The notes under the pieces are model-generated. The model was not told the DNA's origin. It saw only the letters and a program-made list of their open reading frames with translations, and did no database searches. Both the position numbers and the translations under genes were made by a program. A stretch of DNA of 64,000 nucleotides from an uncultured Bacilli bacterium (GTDB lineage Bacteria > Bacillota_I > Bacilli_A > RF39 > UBA660). Shown one piece after another: positions 44,815-52,781 of this stretch (position 1 is the stretch's first letter; the number at the start of each line of letters is the position of its first letter). The stretch spans positions 37,141 to 101,140 of the forward strand of contig CAKOWQ010000003.1 of NCBI GenBank assembly GCA_934122395.1, read 5' to 3'.

Positions 44815-46272
44815 ATGGAAAAGAAGTATATGAAAGCCAAAAAGATTATAGTTATAACGATGTGTACCTTAATATGTATAATGGCAATAGGATATGCAGC
44901 GTTTGCAACTAATTTAACAATAACAGGAACATCAAATATAGGGTCAACTTGGAAAGTAGAATTTACTAATATTGAGGAAGTATCAAAAACAAGTGGAGTA
45001 ACAATAAAAAACGTACCAACAGCAACAGGAACAACAGCAACTTTTAATGTAGATTTAACAAGTCCAGGAGACAATATAGTCTACAAAATAACAGTAGCAA
45101 ATAATGGAACATTAAATGCAGTAATAGATGATATAACAGCAAGTGAAACCGGAAGTGATGCAATAAATTTTGAAATAATAGGGATAAAGAAAGGAGATAA
45201 ATTAGCAAGTAAAACAACAACAACATTTGATGTAACAATATCATATGATAACAATGTAACAAGCCAACCTAATTTAATAGATAGTACATTAACAATAAAT
45301 ATTAATTATGTACAAGATACAGGACAAACGATAGTAACAGATGATACTATAATAGTACCAACAAGACTAGCAGCAAAAATATTGAAAGACAATGAAGCAC
45401 AAGCGGATACAAGTATAGATTTTTCTAAGATAAGTAGTGATACAAATGGTAAAGGATTATATTATACAAGTACCAATACCGAAGATAATAAAGTAACATA
45501 TTATTTTAGAGGCGCAGTAGAAAACAACTATGTAACATTCGCAGGATTTACATGGAGAATAATAAGAATAAATGAAGATGGTTCAATAAGATTAATAAAA
45601 CAAGATTCGATAGGAGATAGTGCATTTAATATAAACGTATTTGACAATGCATATGTAGGATATATGTATGGAATGGCTGGAGCTTCAACATATGAAGAGA
45701 CACATGCAAATACTAATTCGAGTACAATAAAGACTTTTATAGATGAATGGTATCAAAATAATTTAATAAGTTATTCAAGTTATTTAGCTGATTTTGGATT
45801 CTGTGGTGATAGGAGTATAACCGATGGTTGGGAATTTGATGACTATGATTCTGAGATAGATACTCTATATTCAGCATACACTAGATTAGCAGAAAACAAA
45901 ACTCCACAGTTCAAATGTCCTCAAGCAAACGATTTATATACAACCAAGACGAGTAATAAAGGTAACAAAGCTCTAGATTATCCAATAGGATTAATAACAG
46001 CGGATGAAGTAACATATGCAGGGGCTAGTTATCCGAAAGATAACAATAATTTATATTTAGCATCATTGGTTCAAATTAATTCTTGGACAATGACTCCATT
46101 TAATTATTATGGCGGTGTTACTTTATATTTTTGGTCTTGTAATGGTTATTTAGGTGATGATGCTGTTGATCCTGGAAATGAGGTAAACCCTGTAATAAAT
46201 CTAAAATCAACAATAGAAATTACAACTGGCGATGGAACTGTTGATAATCCATATGTAATTAAAACTAATTAA
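44815..46272 (+). CDS. Secreted or surface protein with a TasA/camelysin-like N-terminal region and a large C-terminal domain
   Basis: Signal/anchor KKIIVITMCTLICIMAIGYAAFATNL; the YAAF resembles the SipW-type signal of TasA/camelysin. It is followed by LTSPGDNIVYKITVANNGTLNAVID (TasA-like PGD...N.G.L block) and YYFRGAVENNYVTFAGFTWRIIRINEDGSIRLI. The ATG at 44815 is 8 nt after GGAG. Confidence 0.6.
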   Translation: MEKKYMKAKKIIVITMCTLICIMAIGYAAFATNLTITGTSNIGSTWKVEFTNIEEVSKTSGVTIKNVPTATGTTATFNVDLTSPGDNIVYKITVANNGTLNAVIDDITASETGSDAINFEIIGIKKGDKLASKTTTTFDVTISYDNNVTSQPNLIDSTLTININYVQDTGQTIVTDDTIIVPTRLAAKILKDNEAQADTSIDFSKISSDTNGKGLYYTSTNTEDNKVTYYFRGAVENNYVTFAGFTWRIIRINEDGSIRLIKQDSIGDSAFNINVFDNAYVGYMYGMAGASTYEETHANTNSSTIKTFIDEWYQNNLISYSSYLADFGFCGDRSITDGWEFDDYDSEIDTLYSAYTRLAENKTPQFKCPQANDLYTTKTSNKGNKALDYPIGLITADEVTYAGASYPKDNNNLYLASLVQINSWTMTPFNYYGGVTLYFWSCNGYLGDDAVDPGNEVNPVINLKSTIEITTGDGTVDNPYVIKTN

Positions 46273-46281
46273 AGAAGATGA

Positions 46282-47412
46282 TTAATAATATTTCATCTTC
46301 TTTTCTTTGGTATTATAAATATTTAAAAGTAATCCAGTTAATATCATATAAGATAATAAACTACTTCCACCATAACTTATAAAAGGTAGAGTAATACCTG
46401 TTATAGGTAACATTCCTATAGTCATACCTATATTTTGTATTTGCTGATATAAAAAAATGCTTAAAATACCTACAGTTATATACTTATCTATTCTATTTAC
46501 AGTAACTTTTCCTAGTTTAGTAATATTAATATCAAATATAAAAATGACAATTATTAGAAAGAGTGAACCAATTAATCCAAAATTGGAAGCATATACCGAA
46601 AATATAAAATCAGTTCCGGCTTCTGGAAAATATAGAGGAGTTTTATTAAAACCGTGTCCTGTTATATAACTAGAACCTATAGCAGCTAGTGAGTTTTCTA
46701 ATTGCATTCCACTACCAATTTTCCAATTAATAATTCGATCCATTCGATAGAAAAAATTACTACCAAAAATACTAATAAATAAATCTTGTTTTAAAAAGTA
46801 TAAATAGAAAAATATGCCACCGATTATAGAAATAATAATAGCTAATAATAAATACCAAAAAAGGCTTATACCGCTTATAAATAACATACTTAATGTAATA
46901 ATAAAATAAATTATTACTGCACCTGTATCTGGTTCTAAAAACGTTAAAACACTAGGAATCATTACTATAAAAAATACTTTAATTAATAAAACAAATTCAT
47001 CTTTTAACTTTGGCTTTTTATTATTCAAGTGAAAACTATCTAAAGTTTTAGCTAATATTAAAATAAGAGATATTTTCATGAATTCACTAGGTTGAATACT
47101 ACCAATACCTTTTATTATGTACCAACATTTACTACCGTTAATATCTGGTGCTACAAAAAGTAGTCCAGCTAATAAAATTACGTTAATTAAATATATATAC
47201 CAAGCATATTTATAGAAAAAGTTATTCTTGGTTTTGATAATAATTATTATTACTATTATACCTATTAGATACCATAAGCTTTGTTTTAGTGCCAGATTAC
47301 CTAAAGTAGGTGATAAATACATTGATGCAGAGTATATAGATATTACACTTATTATAAAAAATATTGATATACATATAACAGTTGTCTTATCTAATTTGAA
47401 TTTTCTTTTCAT
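46282..47412 (-). CDS. SEDS family peptidoglycan polymerase (FtsW/RodA/SpoVE)
   Basis: Ten-TM profile with conserved blocks GSKCWY...IQPSEFMKI, EPDTGA and LPITGITLPFISYGGSS. Confidence 0.88.
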   Translation of the reverse strand: MKRKFKLDKTTVICISIFFIISVISIYSASMYLSPTLGNLALKQSLWYLIGIIVIIIIIKTKNNFFYKYAWYIYLINVILLAGLLFVAPDINGSKCWYIIKGIGSIQPSEFMKISLILILAKTLDSFHLNNKKPKLKDEFVLLIKVFFIVMIPSVLTFLEPDTGAVIIYFIITLSMLFISGISLFWYLLLAIIISIIGGIFFYLYFLKQDLFISIFGSNFFYRMDRIINWKIGSGMQLENSLAAIGSSYITGHGFNKTPLYFPEAGTDFIFSVYASNFGLIGSLFLIIVIFIFDINITKLGKVTVNRIDKYITVGILSIFLYQQIQNIGMTIGMLPITGITLPFISYGGSSLLSYMILTGLLLNIYNTKEKKMKYY

Positions 47413-47493
47413 TATATCACCAATATTATTATGGAATTTTTTAGTAATTTTTATTTACTTCATACATAAAATATTTATAGAAAGAGTGATGTT

Positions 47494-47820
47494 ATGAGTA
47501 AGGATTTACCTTCTATTTTTAAAAATACTCCTAATAGAAAAATTAACAATAATAAAAACGTATACTATTCCAAGTATGGCAATTTAATAGAACCAGTAAG
47601 AAATGATGAATCTATTATAGAAGATAATAGTTTAAATGGTACAGTAAATAATATGCTTAAGAATAGACAATTTGTATTTAATGTACCAGTGGAAATAAAA
47701 ACAAAAGATGGAATATTTAATTCTAGTATAGTAAGTAAAGTAGGAGATCACTTATTAACTAGTGATGGTAAAACTATAATAATAGAAGATATTTTATCTA
47801 TAAAACTAAGGAGTATTTAA
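47494..47820 (+). CDS. Hypothetical protein (108 aa)
   Basis: ORF followed immediately by a terminator. No confident motif. Confidence 0.45.
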   Translation: MSKDLPSIFKNTPNRKINNNKNVYYSKYGNLIEPVRNDESIIEDNSLNGTVNNMLKNRQFVFNVPVEIKTKDGIFNSSIVSKVGDHLLTSDGKTIIIEDILSIKLRSI

Positions 47821-47843
47821 GCAACTTATGTTGCTTTTTTTTT
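47821..47843 (+). terminator. Rho-independent terminator
   Basis: gcaac-ttat-gttgc followed by T9. Confidence 0.8.
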
Positions 47844-47844
47844 A

Positions 47845-47867
47845 GAAAAAAAGACCATAGGTCTTTT
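47845..47867 (-). terminator. Rho-independent terminator for the minus-strand cotY/Z-like pair
   Basis: On the minus strand: aaaagacc-tat-ggtctttt followed by T-runs. Confidence 0.75.
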
Positions 47868-48282
47868 ATACTCCACTTATGTATGTATCACCTAAACATT
47901 TTATTGCACCAATACATTTTAAGTTAATAGTGAAATAATCATTAGTAGCTACATAAGGATAGGTTTCTTGCTCTTCAGTATTAGGATTTGGTGCTAATAC
48001 TCTAAATGTTGCACAATTATCATCTAAGTTTTCAATTCTAAATACTGTACTTGTTCCTGGTGTTCCATTTAATGTATAAGGCATTGTCCATAATGTGTTA
48101 TTGCAACAACTGTACAATGAAATAGGTCTTGTATTTAAACATACATTATTTAAAATAGGTCCTAGGAAAGGTTTACTACATCCATTTTCTACATCACATA
48201 CTTCTCCTTTTTGTTGAAGCATAAGAATTAGTTCTAGTGTTTTGATAAAAGAACAAGAGCATTCATTATTGTTTCCACACAT
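47866..48282 (-). CDS. CotY/CotZ (ExsY)-family cysteine-rich spore coat/crust protein, copy 2
   Basis: Family pattern: N-terminal C.C..IKTLELI..LQ, then CLNTRPI, FRIENLDDNCATFRVL, and a C-terminal INLKCIGAIKCLGDT. This compares with B. subtilis CotY/Z C.C..V..IL..Q ... FFRVE.L.D.CATL..L ... VDL.CFCAIQCL. Confidence 0.75.
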   Translation of the reverse strand: MCGNNNECSCSFIKTLELILMLQQKGEVCDVENGCSKPFLGPILNNVCLNTRPISLYSCCNNTLWTMPYTLNGTPGTSTVFRIENLDDNCATFRVLAPNPNTEEQETYPYVATNDYFTINLKCIGAIKCLGDTYISGV

Positions 48283-48299
48283 TTTTTCTTCCCCCTTTC

Positions 48300-48710
48300 T
48301 TATAAATCAACTATAGTATCGCCTAAGCATTTTATTGCACATACGCATCCTAAATTAATAGTAGCTGTATTTCTAGTAGTTATATATGGCCTAGTTGTAT
48401 CTGTTGTATCTGGATTTGCAATAAGAATAGATACTACTACACATCCGTCATCAACTTTTTCAATTCTAAATATGCTGCTTCTACCAGTACTTGCTTCACC
48501 ATTTATAGTTGTAGAATAATCAAGTTCTATTAAATTATTGTTACATCCATAGAAAGTTATAGGTCTAGTGTTTAAGCATAGAGTAGGTACTTCTACTCCT
48601 AAAAATGGTCTATTACATGTATTATCAAAACATTCATCTTTTTCAGCACTGCGTTGTAAAAGATCGATTATTTTTAATGTTTTAGTAAAACAACAACAAT
48701 TTTCACCCAT
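48300..48710 (-). CDS. CotY/CotZ (ExsY)-family cysteine-rich spore coat/crust protein, copy 1
   Basis: A paralog of 47866-48282 with the same blocks: CCCFTKTLKIIDLLQ, CLNTRPI, FRIEKVDDGCVVV, INLGCVCAIKCLGDT. It is separated from copy 2 by 17 nt that contain only an SD. Confidence 0.75.
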   Translation of the reverse strand: MGENCCCFTKTLKIIDLLQRSAEKDECFDNTCNRPFLGVEVPTLCLNTRPITFYGCNNNLIELDYSTTINGEASTGRSSIFRIEKVDDGCVVVSILIANPDTTDTTRPYITTRNTATINLGCVCAIKCLGDTIVDL

Positions 48711-48903
48711 CTAATCAACTCCTTTTTATCTTTTTCTATTATAAGATATTCAACTCTTCTTATCTGGTGTCGTGTTAATACCTATAATTCATAATATTCT
48801 AATTAATAATTAATAATGATGATGTTTGTAAATTAGATTAAATAAATTTACTTTTTTAATATTTTTTGTTATTATTATAGTAATAGAATAGAGGGATTGT
48901 AAT

Positions 48904-50481
48904 ATGAAGAAGTATTTAATTATTATGTCGTTTTTATTTTTAATTTTACCAGGAAGTGTTTATGCATCTAGTTTGAAATTAAATTGTGATAGTACTAATG
49001 TAGCGGGGAATGTATTATCTTGTGGTATGTCACTTACACTTGATGAAGATGTTACTTATAATAAATTGGAAGCAGTTATTAAAGTAGATAATTCTTCAAG
49101 TATAACTTTTGAAGCAAAAAATGGTGTTGATGCTACTATTAATAATAATAATCTTGTTATTAATGGTGCTAATGTTACTGATTTTGGTAGTTTAAAAATA
49201 AAGTTTCCTAGTGAGGCTTCTGGTAGTAAAAATATAACGGTATCAGCATTAAAACTTTATAATGATGATAATTTAGTGGCGTCTTTAGATGATGCTGTTA
49301 GTAAAGTTAATGTAAAGTCTAGTGTTAATACATTAAAATCTTTAAGTGTTAGTAATTGCGATAATTGTACGATGAGTCCTTCATTTAAAAGTAATACAAC
49401 TGTTTATATTGTATATACTAAATCTAATAAAATTACTATATCAGCAAGTGCTAATGGTAGTGCTAAAGTAATAGGCGCAGGTACTAAGAATTTAACTAAA
49501 GATAGTGAAACTTTTAAAATAACAGTTACTTCAGAATCTGGTAGTTCAAAAGTATATAAAGTAATTGTAAACAAAGAGAAAAGCAATGATATTTCATTAG
49601 CTAGTTTAACTATAGATAAAGGAACATTATCTCCTACGTTTTCTAGAAGTGTAACTAGTTATTCTGCTGTGGTTGATAGTGATAAAGTAGTTATAAAAGC
49701 AACTGCAAGTGATACTAGTGCTAGTGTATCTGGTACAGGTGAAAAATCATTAGAATATGGAAGAAATGAATTTACTGTTACTGTAACTGGTAATAATGGA
49801 AATACTAAAAATTACTTAATTACAATTTCTAGACCAGATACAAGAAATGCCAATGCTTATTTAAAATCGTTAACTATAGATGGTAAAGATATAGAATTCG
49901 AAAAAGATATTGTTGAATATGAGTACAAAGTTGGTAAGAATGTTGATAGTCTTGATATAAAAGCAGTACCTGAACTTGAATCTTCAAAAGTAGAAATATC
50001 TGGTAATGAAAAATTTCAATTGGGTAAGAATACTGTAACTATAACAGTAAAAGCAGAAGATAATAGTGAAAAAGTTTATAAAATTATTGTCATAAAAGAG
50101 GAGAACGTTTCAGACGATCTTTATTTGGATAATTTAAAAATTAAAGGATATGACATTAATTTTGATAAAGAAAAATTTGAATATACTTTGAAAATAAAAA
50201 ACGAAAAGGAACTTGATATTATAGCTTTTGCCAGTAATGGGTACAAAACTGAAATTGTTGGTAATGAAAGTTTAAAAGATGGCAGTATAATTAAAATAAT
50301 TGTTAGTGATGAAGATGGAAATAGTAATATTTATAAAATAAAGATAGAAATGGATAATAACGAAGTATCATCTAGTAGTAGTGATGGTATTAACTATATT
50401 CCTTATATTATGACTAGTTTATTAGTTATATTGTTTATACTAGATTTAATACAAGTTATAAAAAGATTGCGTAATAAATAG
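48904..50481 (+). CDS. Membrane-anchored surface protein: N-terminal beta-rich module, four cadherin-like beta-sandwich repeats and a C-terminal TM anchor
   Basis: Signal peptide (LFLILPGSVYA|SS). Four repeats of about 85 aa start L(K/A/D)(S/N)L(S/T/K)(V/I) and end VYK(V/I)IV.KE, YLITISR or IYKIKIE (nt 49324-50349). The C-terminal anchor is IPYIMTSLLVILFILDLIQVIKRLRNK. Confidence 0.7.
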   Translation: MKKYLIIMSFLFLILPGSVYASSLKLNCDSTNVAGNVLSCGMSLTLDEDVTYNKLEAVIKVDNSSSITFEAKNGVDATINNNNLVINGANVTDFGSLKIKFPSEASGSKNITVSALKLYNDDNLVASLDDAVSKVNVKSSVNTLKSLSVSNCDNCTMSPSFKSNTTVYIVYTKSNKITISASANGSAKVIGAGTKNLTKDSETFKITVTSESGSSKVYKVIVNKEKSNDISLASLTIDKGTLSPTFSRSVTSYSAVVDSDKVVIKATASDTSASVSGTGEKSLEYGRNEFTVTVTGNNGNTKNYLITISRPDTRNANAYLKSLTIDGKDIEFEKDIVEYEYKVGKNVDSLDIKAVPELESSKVEISGNEKFQLGKNTVTITVKAEDNSEKVYKIIVIKEENVSDDLYLDNLKIKGYDINFDKEKFEYTLKIKNEKELDIIAFASNGYKTEIVGNESLKDGSIIKIIVSDEDGNSNIYKIKIEMDNNEVSSSSSDGINYIPYIMTSLLVILFILDLIQVIKRLRNK

Positions 50482-50529
50482 ATTTGGAAAAAACTATATA
50501 TTATAGTATAATGATTGTGGTGAAGAAAA

Positions 50530-50841
50530 ATGAAAGTTGAATACATAATTATTTTAGTAGTAGTGTTCATAATTCTTTTAGCTATATTAAAGGCTGGAAA
50601 AAAAGATGCACATTTACAATTAAACAAGTTAGTAGATTATCTTGGAGGTAAAGATAATATATTAGCTACTGAAGTTAATTTGTCTAGATTTAAAGTTACT
50701 TTAAAGGATATATCAATAGTAGATAAAGAAGCTATTCAAAAATTGGGTGCTAAAGGTATAGTTGAAATTGATAATCAGTTAAAAATAATATTAGGACCTA
50801 ATTCAAAACAATTAAAAAAATATATTGATGATTTAAAATAA
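50530..50841 (+). CDS. Membrane-anchored PTS EIIB(Glc)-like domain protein lacking the phosphorylatable Cys
   Basis: N-terminal TM helix. LVDYLGGKDNILATEVNLSRFKVTLKD...LGAKGIVE...LKIILGP aligns with the EIIB motif [20 protein letters not shown]...LGAAGVV...QAIFG. The Cys position is Asn50 (nt 50677-50679). Confidence 0.6.
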   Translation: MKVEYIIILVVVFIILLAILKAGKKDAHLQLNKLVDYLGGKDNILATEVNLSRFKVTLKDISIVDKEAIQKLGAKGIVEIDNQLKIILGPNSKQLKKYIDDLK

Positions 50842-50851
50842 AATAATATAT

Positions 50852-50878
50852 TTAGACAAAATTCGACAAATTTCGACA
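50852..50878 (+). promoter_or_regulatory. Three tandem Spo0A-box-like repeats (TT[A/C]GACA, the reverse complement of TGTC[T/G]AA) at 10-bp phasing
   Basis: TTAGACA at 50852-50858, TTCGACA at 50862-50868, TTCGACA at 50872-50878. The last two are exact reverse complements of the 0A box TGTCGAA. A TATAAT lies at 50890-50895 and the kinase ATG at 50918. Confidence 0.55.
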
Positions 50879-50917
50879 AAATAATCTCATATAATGTAAA
50901 AAGAAAGAAGGCATTAT

Positions 50918-52177
50918 ATGAGGTTTTTTGATGGTTTTGTATTAAATACAATTTTACTTTTATTTCCACTTTTTATATATCTTATTTTTATAGTTTATAA
51001 AAGTGATGAGAATAAAAATACAATCAATAATTATTTTGATGTTGCATTATTATTATCTTTATTTTTATTAACTAAGTTTGGATATTTTAAAAGTGACTGT
51101 TATGTATCTGTTTTGATAAACATTCCACTTTTATTTGCATATTTAAAAGGTAGACGTATAACAGCAGTAGTTATTTCTATTATTTTAGTTATTTATTCTA
51201 TAATTATGTTTGGTTATAATCCTTGGATAGTTATTTTTGAGTATGTAGCATATTTTGCTATATATGTAATTTCTAATAATAAATCTATTACTTCAAGATA
51301 TATAATTAATAGTTTTACTATAATTAAAAGTTTTGTTTTATCATTTCTAACATTTTGTTTTATAGGTCCTAACAATACTCTTGTCATTAATTTATTAAGT
51401 ATAATTATAACAGTAGCAATATTTTATATGACTAGTATTGGTTATTATTATTTAATTCAAAAAATAGAAGATTTTATTACTTTAAATGGTGCTATAAAAG
51501 AATTGGAAAAAGAAAAAACAATAAGGAACTCTTTATTTAAAATAACTCATGAAATAAAAAATCCTATAGCAGTATGTAAAGGATATTTAGATATGATAGA
51601 TCTTAATAATAAAGATAAAATTAACAAATATATTCCAATAGTTAAAAGTGAGATCAATCGAACATTATCACTTATGGATGACTATTTAGATTATTCTAAA
51701 ATAAAGATTGAAAAGGATATCATAGATATAATTATGCTTTTGGAAGAATTAGTAAGATCTATTGAAGGTTTACTTAAAGATAATGATATATCGATGACAC
51801 TTGACATAATAGATGATGAAGTTTATATGATGGCTGACTATAATAGGTTGAAGCAAGTATTTATTAATATTATAAAAAATAGTATTGAAGCAAAAATGGA
51901 AGATCAAAAATTAGTTATATCTATTAAAACAGAACTTCTTGATAATAAAATAAGAATTATTATTAGTGATAATGGAATAGGTATGACTAGTGAAGAATTA
52001 GAACATTTAGGTGAAGCTTTTTATACTACAAAATCTCATGGTACAGGAATAGGAGTTAATTTATCAAGAGATATAATTGAAAGACATAAAGGCACCTTAA
52101 AATATTCTTCTTTAAAGTACTCTGGTACTGATGTTATTATAGAGTTACCAATAGATAAAGAGTTGAATTTAGTGTAA
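50918..52177 (+). CDS. Orphan sensor histidine kinase with a polytopic (about 6 TM) N-terminal domain; candidate sporulation kinase
   Basis: H-box ITHEIKNPIAV, N-box NIIKNSIEA, G1 DNGIGM, G2 GTGIGV. No response regulator gene is adjacent on either side. Confidence 0.8.
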   Translation: MRFFDGFVLNTILLLFPLFIYLIFIVYKSDENKNTINNYFDVALLLSLFLLTKFGYFKSDCYVSVLINIPLLFAYLKGRRITAVVISIILVIYSIIMFGYNPWIVIFEYVAYFAIYVISNNKSITSRYIINSFTIIKSFVLSFLTFCFIGPNNTLVINLLSIIITVAIFYMTSIGYYYLIQKIEDFITLNGAIKELEKEKTIRNSLFKITHEIKNPIAVCKGYLDMIDLNNKDKINKYIPIVKSEINRTLSLMDDYLDYSKIKIEKDIIDIIMLLEELVRSIEGLLKDNDISMTLDIIDDEVYMMADYNRLKQVFINIIKNSIEAKMEDQKLVISIKTELLDNKIRIIISDNGIGMTSEELEHLGEAFYTTKSHGTGIGVNLSRDIIERHKGTLKYSSLKYSGTDVIIELPIDKELNLV

Positions 52178-52236
52178 TTTGACATTTATTATCGATTATG
52201 TTATAATAACAAACATCTTTAAGGGGGAATATTAAA

Positions 52237-52647
52237 ATGTCAAAAATTAATAATTTTAAAGCTGATTTTTCAAGAATATTAGAAGAAGATTATCAATTAA
52301 CAAGAGAAGAAATTGGTGATTTCTGGGAAGATAAAAAACAAGAACGTAAATATAACAATACAAAATATTTAATAGCTAGTATTGGTGCTGGTGGTCTTGC
52401 TGGGACAGCTGCTTTTACTTGTGTAGATGCTTCTAATGGATTAGATTGTATTGTACCAATTGCTATAGGGTTTGGTATTTCAGCGCTTGTTACAGGAGTA
52501 TCACTTGTAAAAGGTAATCCATACAAGGAATTATATTCAGATGAATTAAATGATGAATATAAAAAAGAAAAAAAAGGATACGAAAAACGAATAAAAAGAC
52601 AATACAAAGAATTTATGAAAAAAGTAAAAAAAGAAAAAAACAAATAA
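52237..52647 (+). CDS. Hypothetical membrane protein with a Lys-rich C-terminus
   Basis: Two central hydrophobic helices (IASIGAGGLAGTAAFTCV, IVPIAIGFGISALVTGVSLV). SD aaggggg upstream. Confidence 0.5.
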   Translation: MSKINNFKADFSRILEEDYQLTREEIGDFWEDKKQERKYNNTKYLIASIGAGGLAGTAAFTCVDASNGLDCIVPIAIGFGISALVTGVSLVKGNPYKELYSDELNDEYKKEKKGYEKRIKRQYKEFMKKVKKEKNK

Positions 52648-52658
52648 TTCTTAAAATA

Positions 52659-52690
52659 AACCTAATTGAGTTAAAATCAATTGGGTTTTT
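52659..52690 (+). terminator. Rho-independent terminator
   Basis: aacctaattga-gttaaaa-tcaattgggtt followed by a T-run. Confidence 0.75.
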
Positions 52691-52781
52691 ATATGCAAGG
52701 ATTATCCTAAATATTTCTTTTTATATTGATAATAGAAAGAAGATATATTATACTGTATATGATAGGATAGGTGTAGGGAGT

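Noticed and set aside
48711-48903. AT-rich divergent intergenic region with taataat-type reiterations. I considered whether it is a repeat array or an insertion scar.
   Set aside because: It has no regular spacer-repeat periodicity and no inverted terminal repeats. It is most simply a shared promoter region for the cotY/Z-like pair and the surface protein gene.
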